From: an uncultured Holophagae bacterium
Lineage (GTDB): Bacteria; Acidobacteriota; Thermoanaerobaculia; Thermoanaerobaculales; Sulfomarinibacteraceae
Length of the DNA stretch: 64,000 bases
Direction of reading: 5' to 3'
Assembly: GCA_963710645.1 (NCBI GenBank)
Contig: CAVQBD010000002.1
Location: 74,828-138,827, forward strand
In this document: one piece after another, positions 54,077 through 63,542 of the stretch
How positions within the stretch are numbered: the first letter of the stretch is position 1
Layout: each line of letters starts with the position of its first letter
Notes under the pieces: model-generated
The model's input: the letters and a program-made list of their open reading frames with translations, nothing else
What the model was told of the DNA's origin: nothing
Databases searched by the model: none
Program-made: the position numbers and the translations under genes

Positions 54077-55876
54077 ATGCGAGACCGAGCCGTAAATCAC
54101 TGGATCGGCGGACTCGTGCGGTCGGAGCCATGGGAGACCGCGATTGCCGGTCTTCTGGCCTTCGTGCTGTTTTTCGTGGGCACCGCCGCAACGCCGATCC
54201 TCGGCCGTGACGAAGGCCGCTTCAGCCAGGCCTCGCGTGAGATGCTCGACAGGGGTGATTTGGTGGTGCCGACATTCGTCGGCGAAGGCAGATACCACAA
54301 GCCGATATTGATCTACTGGTGCACCATGGCGAGCTACGCCGTGTTCGGGGTCAACGAGCGTGCGGCGCGGCTGCCGGCAAACATGGCCGGTGCCTTGTCG
54401 GTCATGCTCCTGGCCTGGTCCGCCCGCCGTCGATTCGGTGCGGGCGCCGGACTCCTGGCCGGCTTGTTGATGGCGGTGACTCTGGTTTTCCATGTGGAAG
54501 CCCGGGGTTCCACCGCCGACATGGTTCTCTTCCTGCCCACCCTTGCGGTCATGCTGGCCTTCGAGAGGCTTCTGGCGGGCGATAACCGATGGCGTGCGCC
54601 CTTCGTGTTCTGGACAGCCATGGGCGTTGCCATCTTGGCCAAGGGGCCGGTGGCGCCCATGTGGGTGCTCTGCATCGGGATCGGGCTGTGGGCCCTGAAC
54701 CGGCGGTGGACGCGATGGGAATGGTTGAGTCTATTGGTGCTTCTGGTGCTCGGCCTGTGGTTTCTCGGACCGGCCGCCCTCGTGCCACCGGCGTGCATCG
54801 CGGGCTGGCAGCTCATTCGCTCGACCGAGGGGCGCGCGGTCCTGGCCCGGTTCCGATTCGGGTGGGGTGTGCCGCTGCTGCTGGCGGTGACGTTGCCGTG
54901 GGCCATTGCGGCCACCGTGGCCACCGACGGGGCTTTTCTCCGTGAAGCCATCGGAGAGCATGTGGTGAACCGTTCCTTCAGCGAGTTCGAAGGCCACGGG
55001 TTCTTCCCCGGCTTCTACGTCGTGACCGCGGTCATCGTCGCGTTCCCATGGTTCGCCTGGCTCTTCGATGGGCTCCGCACGGGTCGCGAGGTGATGGGCG
55101 AGCTCCAGTTCCGATTCCTCGCGGCATGGCTCTTTGGGCCCCTCGTGCTGCTGGAACTGGTGCAGACCAAGCTCGTCCACTACTGGATGCCGTCCTACCC
55201 GGCGGGCATTTTTCTGGTCGTTGCTTGGGCCGTCACCGGTGATCGACTGGGGCCGTCCGGCCGTGGTGTAACGCGCGCCCTGCTGCTGACCGGCGGCCTG
55301 CTGGTGGCTGTGACGCCACTCGCGCTCGCCACATTCCTGGAGGTGCCGTCGATCATGTTTCCCGCCTCCTTTGCCGCCGCCATTTTGGTGGTCGCTGTCT
55401 CATTGGCGCTGGTGTCCGATGCCAGAGGGCGGTCGGTCGGTGCGCTCGGCTGGACGATAGGGGGGACGGCGGCCTTTCTGTTGGTCCTGGTCGGAGTCTA
55501 CCTCCCGCGTTTGGGTTGGGAGTCCCTGGCCCCCAGGTCAGGTCGCCTCGCCACCGGGTTGGTACGGCCGGAGGAGACAGTCGTGGTCTTCAAACCCCGC
55601 GATGATGAGATCTTCTTCTATCTCCCGCTGGGGAGCGAGGTCTGCGGCGGTGCCGGATGTATGGCTCGGCTTATGGATTCCAGTAGCGAGGTCCTCGCCC
55701 TCGCGAGGGTCGGAGACTTTGATCTCCTGAAGACGGAGTGGCCCGGGGGGGTCTTCGACGAGGTCGCGCGAGTCAGTGGCATCGACCTCGGTCACTTCAA
55801 GAGGGACGAGGTCGTGCTGTTCAGGATCCGTCGCCAAAGCCCCGGCGACATTGACAGGCACAAGGCTCCCTCCTAG
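54077..55876 (+). CDS. GT39/ArnT-like (PMT_2) polyprenyl-phosphate-dependent glycosyltransferase
   Basis: Multi-TM protein with an N-terminal DEGRFSQASREM (DE motif in the first loop) and KPILIYW. The upstream 68 codons of the track ORF overlap surE. Confidence 0.75.
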   Translation: MRDRAVNHWIGGLVRSEPWETAIAGLLAFVLFFVGTAATPILGRDEGRFSQASREMLDRGDLVVPTFVGEGRYHKPILIYWCTMASYAVFGVNERAARLPANMAGALSVMLLAWSARRRFGAGAGLLAGLLMAVTLVFHVEARGSTADMVLFLPTLAVMLAFERLLAGDNRWRAPFVFWTAMGVAILAKGPVAPMWVLCIGIGLWALNRRWTRWEWLSLLVLLVLGLWFLGPAALVPPACIAGWQLIRSTEGRAVLARFRFGWGVPLLLAVTLPWAIAATVATDGAFLREAIGEHVVNRSFSEFEGHGFFPGFYVVTAVIVAFPWFAWLFDGLRTGREVMGELQFRFLAAWLFGPLVLLELVQTKLVHYWMPSYPAGIFLVVAWAVTGDRLGPSGRGVTRALLLTGGLLVAVTPLALATFLEVPSIMFPASFAAAILVVAVSLALVSDARGRSVGALGWTIGGTAAFLLVLVGVYLPRLGWESLAPRSGRLATGLVRPEETVVVFKPRDDEIFFYLPLGSEVCGGAGCMARLMDSSSEVLALARVGDFDLLKTEWPGGVFDEVARVSGIDLGHFKRDEVVLFRIRRQSPGDIDRHKAPS

Positions 55877-55921
55877 AGTTGGAGCCTCGTGTGGGACCTC
55901 GATGGTCCCGGGAGGATATCC

Positions 55922-56593
55922 ATGGGTCGGCGGATCACCCGCAAACAACTGAAGCAGGATGAGTTCGTTTCAACCGCGGATACCTTTATCCGTTGGTTCC
56001 TCGACAACTGGAAGCCGTTTGCATTCGGCCTTGGCGCAGTCTGTCTGCTGGTCGTCATGTGGTGGACAGCGGGTCGCTGGAGTGCATCGAGGGCCGACCA
56101 GGCCTCACTCGAGCTGCACCAGGCGGTGGTCGCATTCGATGAAGCGAGCCAGGGCGGCGACGCGGCTGCGGCCGAGCAGGGCCTGCAGACCTTCATCGAC
56201 GACCACGGCCGCGACGACCAGGCTGACATGGCCAGGGTCTATCTCGCTCGCCTCAAGATGGATCAGAAGGACCTCGAAGGGGCTCGAGATTTGCTGGTGG
56301 AGGTCACCGGTCGTCACCGAGACGATGCCGTGGGCCGGGTCGCCATGCTCGATCTGGTACATCTCAAGGTCGCTTCCGGTCAGGGTGCCGAGGTGGCTCC
56401 GGATCTGGAGATGATGGCCCTCGGCCAGGATCCCAGATTGCCCCGCGATGTGGCGCTTTGGGAGCTCGGCGAACTCTACCGTGGCGAGGAGAACCCCGAC
56501 CAGGCTCGCACCTACTATCAGAGGTTGGTGGACGAATTTCCGGAGTCGCCGTATCGGGGATTCGCCAGTCAACGCCTGACCGAGCTCGGCTGA
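55922..56593 (+). CDS. Single-TM TPR protein with YfgM-like architecture
   Basis: N-terminal RKQLKQDEF, one TM helix, then periplasmic TPR-like helices. GGGAGG lies upstream of ATG 55922. Confidence 0.5.
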   Translation: MGRRITRKQLKQDEFVSTADTFIRWFLDNWKPFAFGLGAVCLLVVMWWTAGRWSASRADQASLELHQAVVAFDEASQGGDAAAAEQGLQTFIDDHGRDDQADMARVYLARLKMDQKDLEGARDLLVEVTGRHRDDAVGRVAMLDLVHLKVASGQGAEVAPDLEMMALGQDPRLPRDVALWELGELYRGEENPDQARTYYQRLVDEFPESPYRGFASQRLTELG

Positions 56594-56614
56594 TCGCAGT
56601 GATCGGCGGGCCCA

Positions 56615-57937
56615 TTGCCCGGTGAGCCGGGACGTCGGCCGGTGAATTTCGTCGAAGCCATCATCTCGAAACGGGACGCCGGAGCCCTCACCCGCGAGCA
56701 GGTCTACGCCTTCGTGGCCGGCGCGGCTGAGGGTACCTTGCCGCCGGAACAGCTGGCCGCCATGTTGATGGCCATCTGCGTCCGCGGCATGGACGACGAG
56801 GAGACCGGATGGCTCACCAATGCCATGCTGCATTCGGGTGAGACCTGGAATCTGGCTCATGACGTGCCGGGAGCGATGGACAAGCACTCCACCGGCGGCG
56901 TCGGCGATACGGTGTCTCTGGTGCTCGCTCCACTGCTGGCGGCGGTTGGCGAGCCGGTGGCCATGATGGCGGGACGAGGATTGGGCCACTCCCAGGGGAC
57001 TCTCGACAAGCTCGAGGCGATTCCGGGATTCCAGTGCAACCGGAGCAGGTCGGAGACAGTGGGTCTCATTGGTAGATGCGGTGCCGCCATCGTCGCCCAG
57101 AGCGAGAGCATCGCACCTGCGGACAGGGCACTTTATGCGTTGCGCGACGTCACCGGAACGGTGCCGTCGTTGCCCCTGATCGTGGCTTCCATCATGTCTA
57201 AGAAACTTGCCCTGGGTGCATCGGGCCTGGTGCTCGACGTGAAGTATGGACGGGGCGCGTTTCGCCAAACATTGGCCGAGGCCGTCCAGTTGGCGTCCGC
57301 CTTGCGGGGTGTGGCCCGCGGGATGGATCTCTCCTGTGAGGCTCTGATAACCGACATGAACCAGCCTCTCGGACCGTCCCTCGGGACAGCCTGCGAGGTG
57401 CGATCGGCGCTCGCCGTGTTGGAGAATTCCGGAAGCCGACCCCTGCGTGAGGTCTCGGTGCACCTGGCCCGAGTTGCCATGGAGCTTGGGGGCCGCGAGT
57501 CCGCCCACGCCGCTGAGGTGCTCGAGAGCGCGCTGTCGGACGGATCCGCGCGGGCGGCCTGGGACCGCATTGTTGAAGCCCACGGCGGAGATCCCGACCC
57601 CGGCCTGCTTGCCCGACCGGCGTCTCAGATCACGATCACGGCCGAGGGCTCCGGATGGCTGGCGGGTGTCGAAGCTGCCGCCCTCGGTTGGGTGGCGGTG
57701 GACCTGGGTGCCGGTCGCCGCACCCGCGACGAGGCCATCGATCACGGCGCGGGACTCGAGGTCCATGCCCGGATCGGCGATCGAGTGGATTCCGGCCAAC
57801 CGCTGGCGACAGTCCTTGTGGGTGAGCGACCCGTGGATCGTGATGCCGTGACAGCCCGAGTCCGTAACGCCTTCGAGATCACCGACGAGCCCGTCGAGCC
57901 ACCCCAGTTGATCCTCGGCACCATCGAGGACATTTGA
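56615..57937 (+). CDS. deoA: Thymidine/pyrimidine-nucleoside phosphorylase
   Basis: Motifs KRDG..L, DKHSTGGVGD and SGRGLGHSQGTLDKLE. The start is ambiguous (TTG 56615 or GTG 56642). Confidence 0.85.
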   Translation: MPGEPGRRPVNFVEAIISKRDAGALTREQVYAFVAGAAEGTLPPEQLAAMLMAICVRGMDDEETGWLTNAMLHSGETWNLAHDVPGAMDKHSTGGVGDTVSLVLAPLLAAVGEPVAMMAGRGLGHSQGTLDKLEAIPGFQCNRSRSETVGLIGRCGAAIVAQSESIAPADRALYALRDVTGTVPSLPLIVASIMSKKLALGASGLVLDVKYGRGAFRQTLAEAVQLASALRGVARGMDLSCEALITDMNQPLGPSLGTACEVRSALAVLENSGSRPLREVSVHLARVAMELGGRESAHAAEVLESALSDGSARAAWDRIVEAHGGDPDPGLLARPASQITITAEGSGWLAGVEAAALGWVAVDLGAGRRTRDEAIDHGAGLEVHARIGDRVDSGQPLATVLVGERPVDRDAVTARVRNAFEITDEPVEPPQLILGTIEDI

Positions 57938-58039
57938 GACAGCTAATAGTCGCAATTCGCAATTCGAAATGTGTGCGATCCAGCATCCAGCATCGGCCGG
58001 GCGGGGGTATGGTACCTTTCCCGCACGGAGGCGAAACAG

Positions 58040-58987
58040 ATGGATACACCCAGAGCGATGGTCACCGGAGGTGCGGGCTTCCTCGGTTCCCACCTATGCG
58101 AGCGGTTGCTTGGCGAGGGCTTTCATGTGGTCTGCATGGACAACCTCATCACCGGCTCCTTGACGAATATCGAGCACCTTTTCGGTCGTGAGGGGTTCAC
58201 CTTCGTCCAGCACGATGTGACCAACTTCATCCATGTGCCCGGGCGTTTGGACTACATCCTCCATTTCGCCTCACCGGCGTCGCCCATCGACTATCTGAAC
58301 TTGCCGATTCAAACCCTCAAGGTCGGTTCCTTGGGAACCCACAAGGCGCTGGGGCTGGCAAAGTCCAAGGGCGCCAGGTTCTTGCTCGCCTCCACGTCGG
58401 AGACCTACGGCGATCCGCTGATCCACCCGCAGCCCGAGAACTATTGGGGCAACGTCAACCCGGTGGGACCGCGGGGAGTCTACGACGAAGCGAAACGGTT
58501 CGCCGAGGCCATCACCATGGCCTACCATCGCCACCATGGCGTGGATACCCGGATCGTGCGCATTTTCAACACCTACGGTCCGAGGATGCGGGCCAACGAC
58601 GGCAGGGTGGTACCGACATTTATTTGTCAGGCGCTGGATGGCGAGCCGCTGACCGCATTCGGTGACGGATCACAGACGCGGTCGTTCTGCTTTGTGACGG
58701 ACCTCATCGAGGGCATTTGGCGGCTGCTCAACAGCGACTACAACGAGCCGGTGAATATAGGGAACCCGGCCGAGATGACGGTGCTGGACTTCGCGAAGGA
58801 GATCATCCAGGTCACCGGCTCGACCTCGGAGGTTGTGTTCAAACCGCTCCCGGAAGATGACCCCAAGGTGCGCCAGCCCGACATCACCCTGGCCCGCAGG
58901 CTGCTCGACTGGGAGCCTGAGGTCACCCTGGCCGAGGGGCTCGTGCCCACCGTTGAGTTCTTCGCCAACAATAGAATCGAAGAGTAA
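58040..58987 (+). CDS. UDP-glucuronate decarboxylase (UXS-type SDR)
   Basis: [10 protein letters not shown] Rossmann motif, STSETYGDP, and catalytic YDEAK. Start ATG 58040 with GGAGG upstream. Confidence 0.9.
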   Translation: MDTPRAMVTGGAGFLGSHLCERLLGEGFHVVCMDNLITGSLTNIEHLFGREGFTFVQHDVTNFIHVPGRLDYILHFASPASPIDYLNLPIQTLKVGSLGTHKALGLAKSKGARFLLASTSETYGDPLIHPQPENYWGNVNPVGPRGVYDEAKRFAEAITMAYHRHHGVDTRIVRIFNTYGPRMRANDGRVVPTFICQALDGEPLTAFGDGSQTRSFCFVTDLIEGIWRLLNSDYNEPVNIGNPAEMTVLDFAKEIIQVTGSTSEVVFKPLPEDDPKVRQPDITLARRLLDWEPEVTLAEGLVPTVEFFANNRIEE

Positions 58988-58999
58988 ATCGCCCTCTGT

Positions 59000-59085
59000 C
59001 TCGATTCTCGGTCCTGGAACATCGGTTCCGGACCTCTGCCATATCCACCAAGACAAGATTCGATGTTCCAGGACCGAGAATCGAG
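59000..59085. repeat. 25-bp perfect inverted repeat between convergent genes
   Basis: CTCGATTCTCGGTCCTGGAACATCG (59000-59024) faces CGATGTTCCAGGACCGAGAATCGAG (59061-59085), with a 36-nt loop. The right arm ends at the nrdR stop codon. No U-tract. Confidence 0.9.
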
Positions 59086-59559
59086 CTACGAGGAAGAACC
59101 GTTGTCTTCTCGAAGGAGCAACTGTTTGAGTTCGTCCATGAATTGGTTCACGTCCTCGAACCGACGATAGACGCTGGCAAACCGCACATAGGCCACCTGG
59201 TCGAGCCCACGGAGCCGCTCGATGACCCAGTTGCCGATGTCCTGGGTGGACATCTCCCGGACGTCCTTGGACGCGATGCGGGACTCCACCGAATCCACTA
59301 TTTCCACCAGATCGCGGCGCGGGACCGGCCGTTTCTCGCACGCTATGAGCAGGCCGTTGAGGAGCTTGTCGCGGTCGAAGCTCTCGCGCCGCCCGTCCCG
59401 TTTGACCACGCTGGCCGGCAGCTCGTCGATTCTCTCGTAGGTGGTGAAACGCTGATTGCATCCGTCGCACTCGCGGCGCCGGCGGATCTCGACCCCGTCC
59501 CGGACGTCGCGGGAATCCACCACGTGGTTGTCCGAACTGCCGCAGAACGGGCAGTTCAC
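59086..59559 (-). CDS. nrdR: Transcriptional repressor NrdR
   Basis: 157 aa from GTG 59559. Zinc ribbon (NCPFCG...ECDGCNQRFTTYE) plus ATP-cone. The 440-aa track ORF is an unsupported upstream extension that runs out of frame through the neighbouring gene. Confidence 0.9.
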   Translation of the reverse strand: MNCPFCGSSDNHVVDSRDVRDGVEIRRRRECDGCNQRFTTYERIDELPASVVKRDGRRESFDRDKLLNGLLIACEKRPVPRRDLVEIVDSVESRIASKDVREMSTQDIGNWVIERLRGLDQVAYVRFASVYRRFEDVNQFMDELKQLLLREDNGSSS

Positions 59560-60587
59560 GACGGATCCCCCTTCTCCACCGCAACGGCGTCCACCTGTCC
59601 CAGCTTGAGACCAAACACCGGCAGGCACAGCAGACCGAGAATCGTGATTGGGACGAAGCAAATGGCGTGGTAGACGATGGCGATGGCCGTGGCCGTATTG
59701 AGGTCTACGGCGAAGAAGGCAGTGAGTCCGATTTGCATGGCCTTGTGAATACCGCCGATGCCGCCGGGGGTGGGAATCGCCATGCCGATCACAGACAGGG
59801 TCACCAGAAAATAGTTGACACGGAGTGGCAGGTCCACGCCAAAGGCAAGGAGCGCAAATTTCATCTGCCAGTAGATGACGTACCAGGTCACCAGGGATGC
59901 GACCATCGTGATGACGAGATCTCGCGGCCGCTGAAGGACCCGGAGCCCATCGAGGAAGTGCCCCAGAAAATTCGCGAGCGGCTTCTTCCACGACTCGCGA
60001 ATCCGTCCGATCGGAGCGGTGACCAGGGCGATGAAGCGGTCCTGGTATCGAAACAGACCGAGCAGCACGAGGGTGCCGATGATCAGTCCCGCGCCCGCGA
60101 CGTAGCCCGAGAAGCTGAGGATGTCGAGGTTTCGCCGGGCGTGCTCGTCGAGCTCGGCCATCTGCGGCGGCCAGATGACGAAGAAGAGGAAGAACAGGAC
60201 CACGGTCCAAAGATCGAAGAGTCGTTCGGTGACGATTGATGCGAGGGTGGCCGAGAAGGGGATGCGTTCCCTCTTTGCCAGGACCAGCGGTCGGACCAGG
60301 TCTCCCATCCGCGCCGGCAGCAGGGTCATGGCGGCGTACCCGACCGCGGTGGCGAGGACCGCCGAGAGGTGCCCCACGTGTGCCACGGGGCGAAGGATGA
60401 GCTGCCAACGGATGGCCCGGAACCAGTAGCTCAACAGGGCCGTGGCGGCGGCTGCAAGTATCAGGACGGGGTTGGCACGTTCGAGAGCCCGTTTGACCTC
60501 GTCGAGGTCCACATTCCAGAAGAAGACGGCGAGCAAGATCGCCATCAGAACAACTGAGACCACGACGCGGACAGCGTTTTTGCTCAC
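59556..60587 (-). CDS. Flippase-like / lysylphosphatidylglycerol-synthase-TM-region family (UPF0104) membrane protein
   Basis: About 8 TM helices with an N-terminal family pattern (FWNVDLDEVKRAL ... YWFRAIRWQLIL). GTG start at 60587. Its stop overlaps the nrdR start (GTGA). Confidence 0.7.
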   Translation of the reverse strand: MSKNAVRVVVSVVLMAILLAVFFWNVDLDEVKRALERANPVLILAAAATALLSYWFRAIRWQLILRPVAHVGHLSAVLATAVGYAAMTLLPARMGDLVRPLVLAKRERIPFSATLASIVTERLFDLWTVVLFFLFFVIWPPQMAELDEHARRNLDILSFSGYVAGAGLIIGTLVLLGLFRYQDRFIALVTAPIGRIRESWKKPLANFLGHFLDGLRVLQRPRDLVITMVASLVTWYVIYWQMKFALLAFGVDLPLRVNYFLVTLSVIGMAIPTPGGIGGIHKAMQIGLTAFFAVDLNTATAIAIVYHAICFVPITILGLLCLPVFGLKLGQVDAVAVEKGDPS

Positions 60588-60612
60588 CCGCCTAGAGTAG
60601 TATGATGCTCTG

Positions 60613-61641
60613 GTGCGCACAACCAAAGCGATGCCCACTGGCAGTTTGGCTGATGCTGGCGTCGAGGTGCGGTCCCATCCGGACTGTCTTCTCCACGTCC
60701 CTGGGCTTGGCCACCCGGAGCGACCCGAACGCCTGACGACCGTGCTCGGTGCGCTCGAGGCGTCGCCAGAAGGGCGGTGGCGTGTGCTGCCCGAAAGCCC
60801 TTTGCCGCCATCGGATGACACCCTTGGTGTGCTGAAGTGGGTGCACGGCCCGGACTACATCGACAGTGTCCGACAGGCTTCCGTTACCGGATCGGGGTGG
60901 CTTGACAGTCCGGACTGTGCGGTGTCTGAGGGGACCTTCACTGCCGCGGTCGCCGCCGCGGGCCTCGCCCTCCAGGCGGGTCTGGACATGGCCAATGGAA
61001 GGATCTGGCGCGCGTTCGTGGCCGGCCGGCCACCTTCCCACCATGCAGAGCGGGCCCGGGCTCGCGGCTACTGTTTCTTCAATTCGGTGGCCCTGGCGGC
61101 CGAGGTCCTTGTTCGCTGCTGGAACCGGCCCGTGCTGATCGTCGACTTTGACGCGCTCCACGGCAACGGCACCCAGCACCACTTCTGGTTGCGCGGTGAT
61201 GTGGCCTATCTTTCGGTTCATCGCTGGCCCGGATTTCCGGGTACCGGGGCTGCGGACGAGTTGGGCGAAGGCGAAGGGTTCGGGACCACTCGCAATATTC
61301 CGCTGGCCATAGGGTCGGACGACGACGTGGTCGTCACGGCCTTGGAGAATGGGCTTGAAGAGATCGCTCCCTTCGTCCAGCCGGCTGCGGTGGTTGTATC
61401 GGCGGGTTTCAGCGGCTATGCCGGCGACCCGGTGGGCGAGTTGGCGATGACGGAATCCGGATTCCGGAGGATGACATCGGCGATCGTCGCCGTTGCCGAA
61501 CGCTGGTCCGAGGGGAGGGTTTTGTCCTTTCTCGAGGGGGGATTCACAGACCTCGGGCTTGCCGCCGGGGCTCTCGCTCACGTCGAGGAATTGTCGCGAA
61601 TAGGGAAGCTGGGAACGACTGCTGGAATGCCAGTGAATTAG
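60613..61641 (+). CDS. Histone-deacetylase-family (HDAC/AcuC-like) amidohydrolase
   Basis: Motifs RPPSHHAE, GYCFFNS, DFDALHGNGTQ and GFSGYAGDP. An alternative ATG start is at 60631. Confidence 0.8.
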   Translation: MRTTKAMPTGSLADAGVEVRSHPDCLLHVPGLGHPERPERLTTVLGALEASPEGRWRVLPESPLPPSDDTLGVLKWVHGPDYIDSVRQASVTGSGWLDSPDCAVSEGTFTAAVAAAGLALQAGLDMANGRIWRAFVAGRPPSHHAERARARGYCFFNSVALAAEVLVRCWNRPVLIVDFDALHGNGTQHHFWLRGDVAYLSVHRWPGFPGTGAADELGEGEGFGTTRNIPLAIGSDDDVVVTALENGLEEIAPFVQPAAVVVSAGFSGYAGDPVGELAMTESGFRRMTSAIVAVAERWSEGRVLSFLEGGFTDLGLAAGALAHVEELSRIGKLGTTAGMPVN

Positions 61642-61770
61642 TGGCCAAATGTGATCAAAAAAATACCGATTCTTAGGATCGAGATTTCTGATCACATTTC
61701 GTACAGTTGAGCCCCGTCACATTTCGCCCCAAATGGTTGATGTACTGTATGATTGGTGGTAGATACGTGT

Positions 61771-61798
61771 TTGACCACGATCTTTACTGTGGTATATC
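61771..61798 (+). promoter_or_regulatory. Candidate sigma70 promoter with an extended -10
   Basis: TTGACC (61771-61776), 16-nt spacer, TGgTATATC (61790-61798). It sits in a locally AT-rich leader about 55 nt upstream of ATG 61853. Confidence 0.35.
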
Positions 61799-61852
61799 AT
61801 ACTGTTGAACGGAATCGATTGCGCCGAAGATTGTCTCCTAGGAGGATTAGCA

Positions 61853-63487
61853 ATGCGACGGAAATTGATCGGCGTGGCACTCACAGTGGCGGCCCTTGTG
61901 TTTCCCGTATACGCGATGGCCGACGCGATGGTTTGGCTGGACACCCCGCAGCCCGATGCCACGGTTTTCGGACTGGTGGAGGTTTCCGGCTATGTCCTTG
62001 GTGATGGGTCCGACTGCGGTCCGCCATGGACATGGGCGACCTGCGACTGGGATGACGGGGCGGTGACGGCCGTCGAACTCTTCGTCAATGGTGACTCTGT
62101 CGCCTCGGCGGACCTCAACCAGCCGCGCTACGACATTCTGCAGGCCTTCCCGTGGTATGCGGGAACACCGTTCGCGAATCCCGGATTTGCGACCTCATTC
62201 GATTCCGGCAACTACTCCAACGGTTCGGTCGAGCTGTTTGTCAGAGTGACCTTCGCCGACGGGACGCACGGCGACTACGGGACCCGGTCGGTGACGGTGA
62301 ACAACGATCTCAACCAGGCGCCCTTTGGCGACCTGGATCTTCCTGGGCCCAATCAGCCCATGAACGGAGTGTTCCCCGTGACCGGGTGGGCGCTTGATAA
62401 CGGGGACATCGCCGTTGTCGAGCTGGTGGTGGACGGGCTGTCGGCGGGCAACGCCGTGATGGGCGTGCACCGTCCGGACATCGGGCATCGTTACCCGAGC
62501 GATCCTGACGCCGAGTTCGCAGGTTTCGTGCGGATGTTCAACACCACGGTCCTGACAAACGGCGTGCACTCCATCGCGATCCGACTGACGGACGACGAAG
62601 GAGTCTCGACGGTCATCGGTCGTCGTTTCGTACAGACATTCAATACAAGCTACAACCTGCCGCCCTTCGGCGGCATCGACTGGCCGATTGCCAATCACAT
62701 CATGTTCGCCAAGGGCTGCGCCGATCCGGGTGGTTACTCCACACCCCCGTTTGAAGATCCGCAGGTCACCGAGCTGATCACCGGTTGGGCGCTCGATGTG
62801 GGCTCCCGGACCGATTTCGGCGGCGTGGCCTATGTGCAGATGTTGATCGACGGCGTGATCCTGGCCGACACCTACGAGGGCAGTGACTACTGGCCTTGGC
62901 TGCGGCTCGACGTCAACTACTACGGCCACCCGAGGATGGATATCCAACGGCTGTTCCCGGACGTGCCGAATTCCAAGGATTCGGGCTTCGCGTTTCGGGT
63001 TGACGTGTCAGACCTGATCATCCGACAGGGCTACCGTCAGGGGCTCCATTACCTGAAGATCCGGGCCGGCGACTTGGAGAACAACGTCGCCGATATCGCC
63101 CAGATCCCGGTGATATTCGACTGCGACGACGACCCCGACCGGCCGTCCTTCGGTAACATCTACACCCCCACCAACATGGAAATGGTGGCGGGTATGGTGG
63201 AGCTGACCGGCTGGGCCATCGATTACGACGACCCCGAGATTGTCGAAATCTGGATCGACGGCAACTTCGTGTCCGTGGTCGACGAGTTCGGCCTCGAGAC
63301 GCCCGAGGTCGAGGAGATGTTCCCCTGGCTGCCGCGGTTCATGACCGCCAACGCAGGTTGGATCTATAACCTGGACACGGTTTCCGAGAATCTGGCGGAC
63401 GGTCAACACTCGCTGGTGGTGTGGACCGAGGACTACTTCGGCGGCCGGACCATCATCGGCGAGCGCCAGTTCGTGGTCGACAACTGA
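61853..63487 (+). CDS. Secreted protein with four tandem Ig-like/beta-sandwich repeats
   Basis: Signal peptide (MRRKLIGVALTVAALVFPVYAMA). Four paralogous about 120-140-aa units each carry the G.V.(V/L)(S/T)GWA.D.....V.....DG pattern. GGAGG lies upstream. Confidence 0.6.
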   Translation: MRRKLIGVALTVAALVFPVYAMADAMVWLDTPQPDATVFGLVEVSGYVLGDGSDCGPPWTWATCDWDDGAVTAVELFVNGDSVASADLNQPRYDILQAFPWYAGTPFANPGFATSFDSGNYSNGSVELFVRVTFADGTHGDYGTRSVTVNNDLNQAPFGDLDLPGPNQPMNGVFPVTGWALDNGDIAVVELVVDGLSAGNAVMGVHRPDIGHRYPSDPDAEFAGFVRMFNTTVLTNGVHSIAIRLTDDEGVSTVIGRRFVQTFNTSYNLPPFGGIDWPIANHIMFAKGCADPGGYSTPPFEDPQVTELITGWALDVGSRTDFGGVAYVQMLIDGVILADTYEGSDYWPWLRLDVNYYGHPRMDIQRLFPDVPNSKDSGFAFRVDVSDLIIRQGYRQGLHYLKIRAGDLENNVADIAQIPVIFDCDDDPDRPSFGNIYTPTNMEMVAGMVELTGWAIDYDDPEIVEIWIDGNFVSVVDEFGLETPEVEEMFPWLPRFMTANAGWIYNLDTVSENLADGQHSLVVWTEDYFGGRTIIGERQFVVDN

Positions 63488-63506
63488 TCAACGATCGATT
63501 CGATTC

Positions 63507-63536
63507 AACGCCCCGCTTCGGCGGGGCGTTTTTTTT
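63507..63536 (+). terminator. Rho-independent terminator
   Basis: AACGCCCCGC-TTCG-GCGGGGCGTT stem-loop followed by T8. Confidence 0.85.
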
Positions 63537-63542
63537 GGCATG

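Noticed and set aside
56105-58093. 662-aa ORF on the minus strand. Similar long shadow ORFs include 27-623(+), 3806-4930(+), 8097-9191(+), 19265-20821(+), 28385-30217(-), 30637-31701(-), 33944-35209(-), 44649-45917(-), 46155-46964(+), 54334-54951(-), 60592-61695(-) and 62195-62947(-).
   Set aside because: Each lies antisense to, or out of frame with, a gene that has clear family motifs. Their products are R/G/P/H-rich with no recognisable domain. Long stop-free frames like these are expected in DNA this GC-rich.
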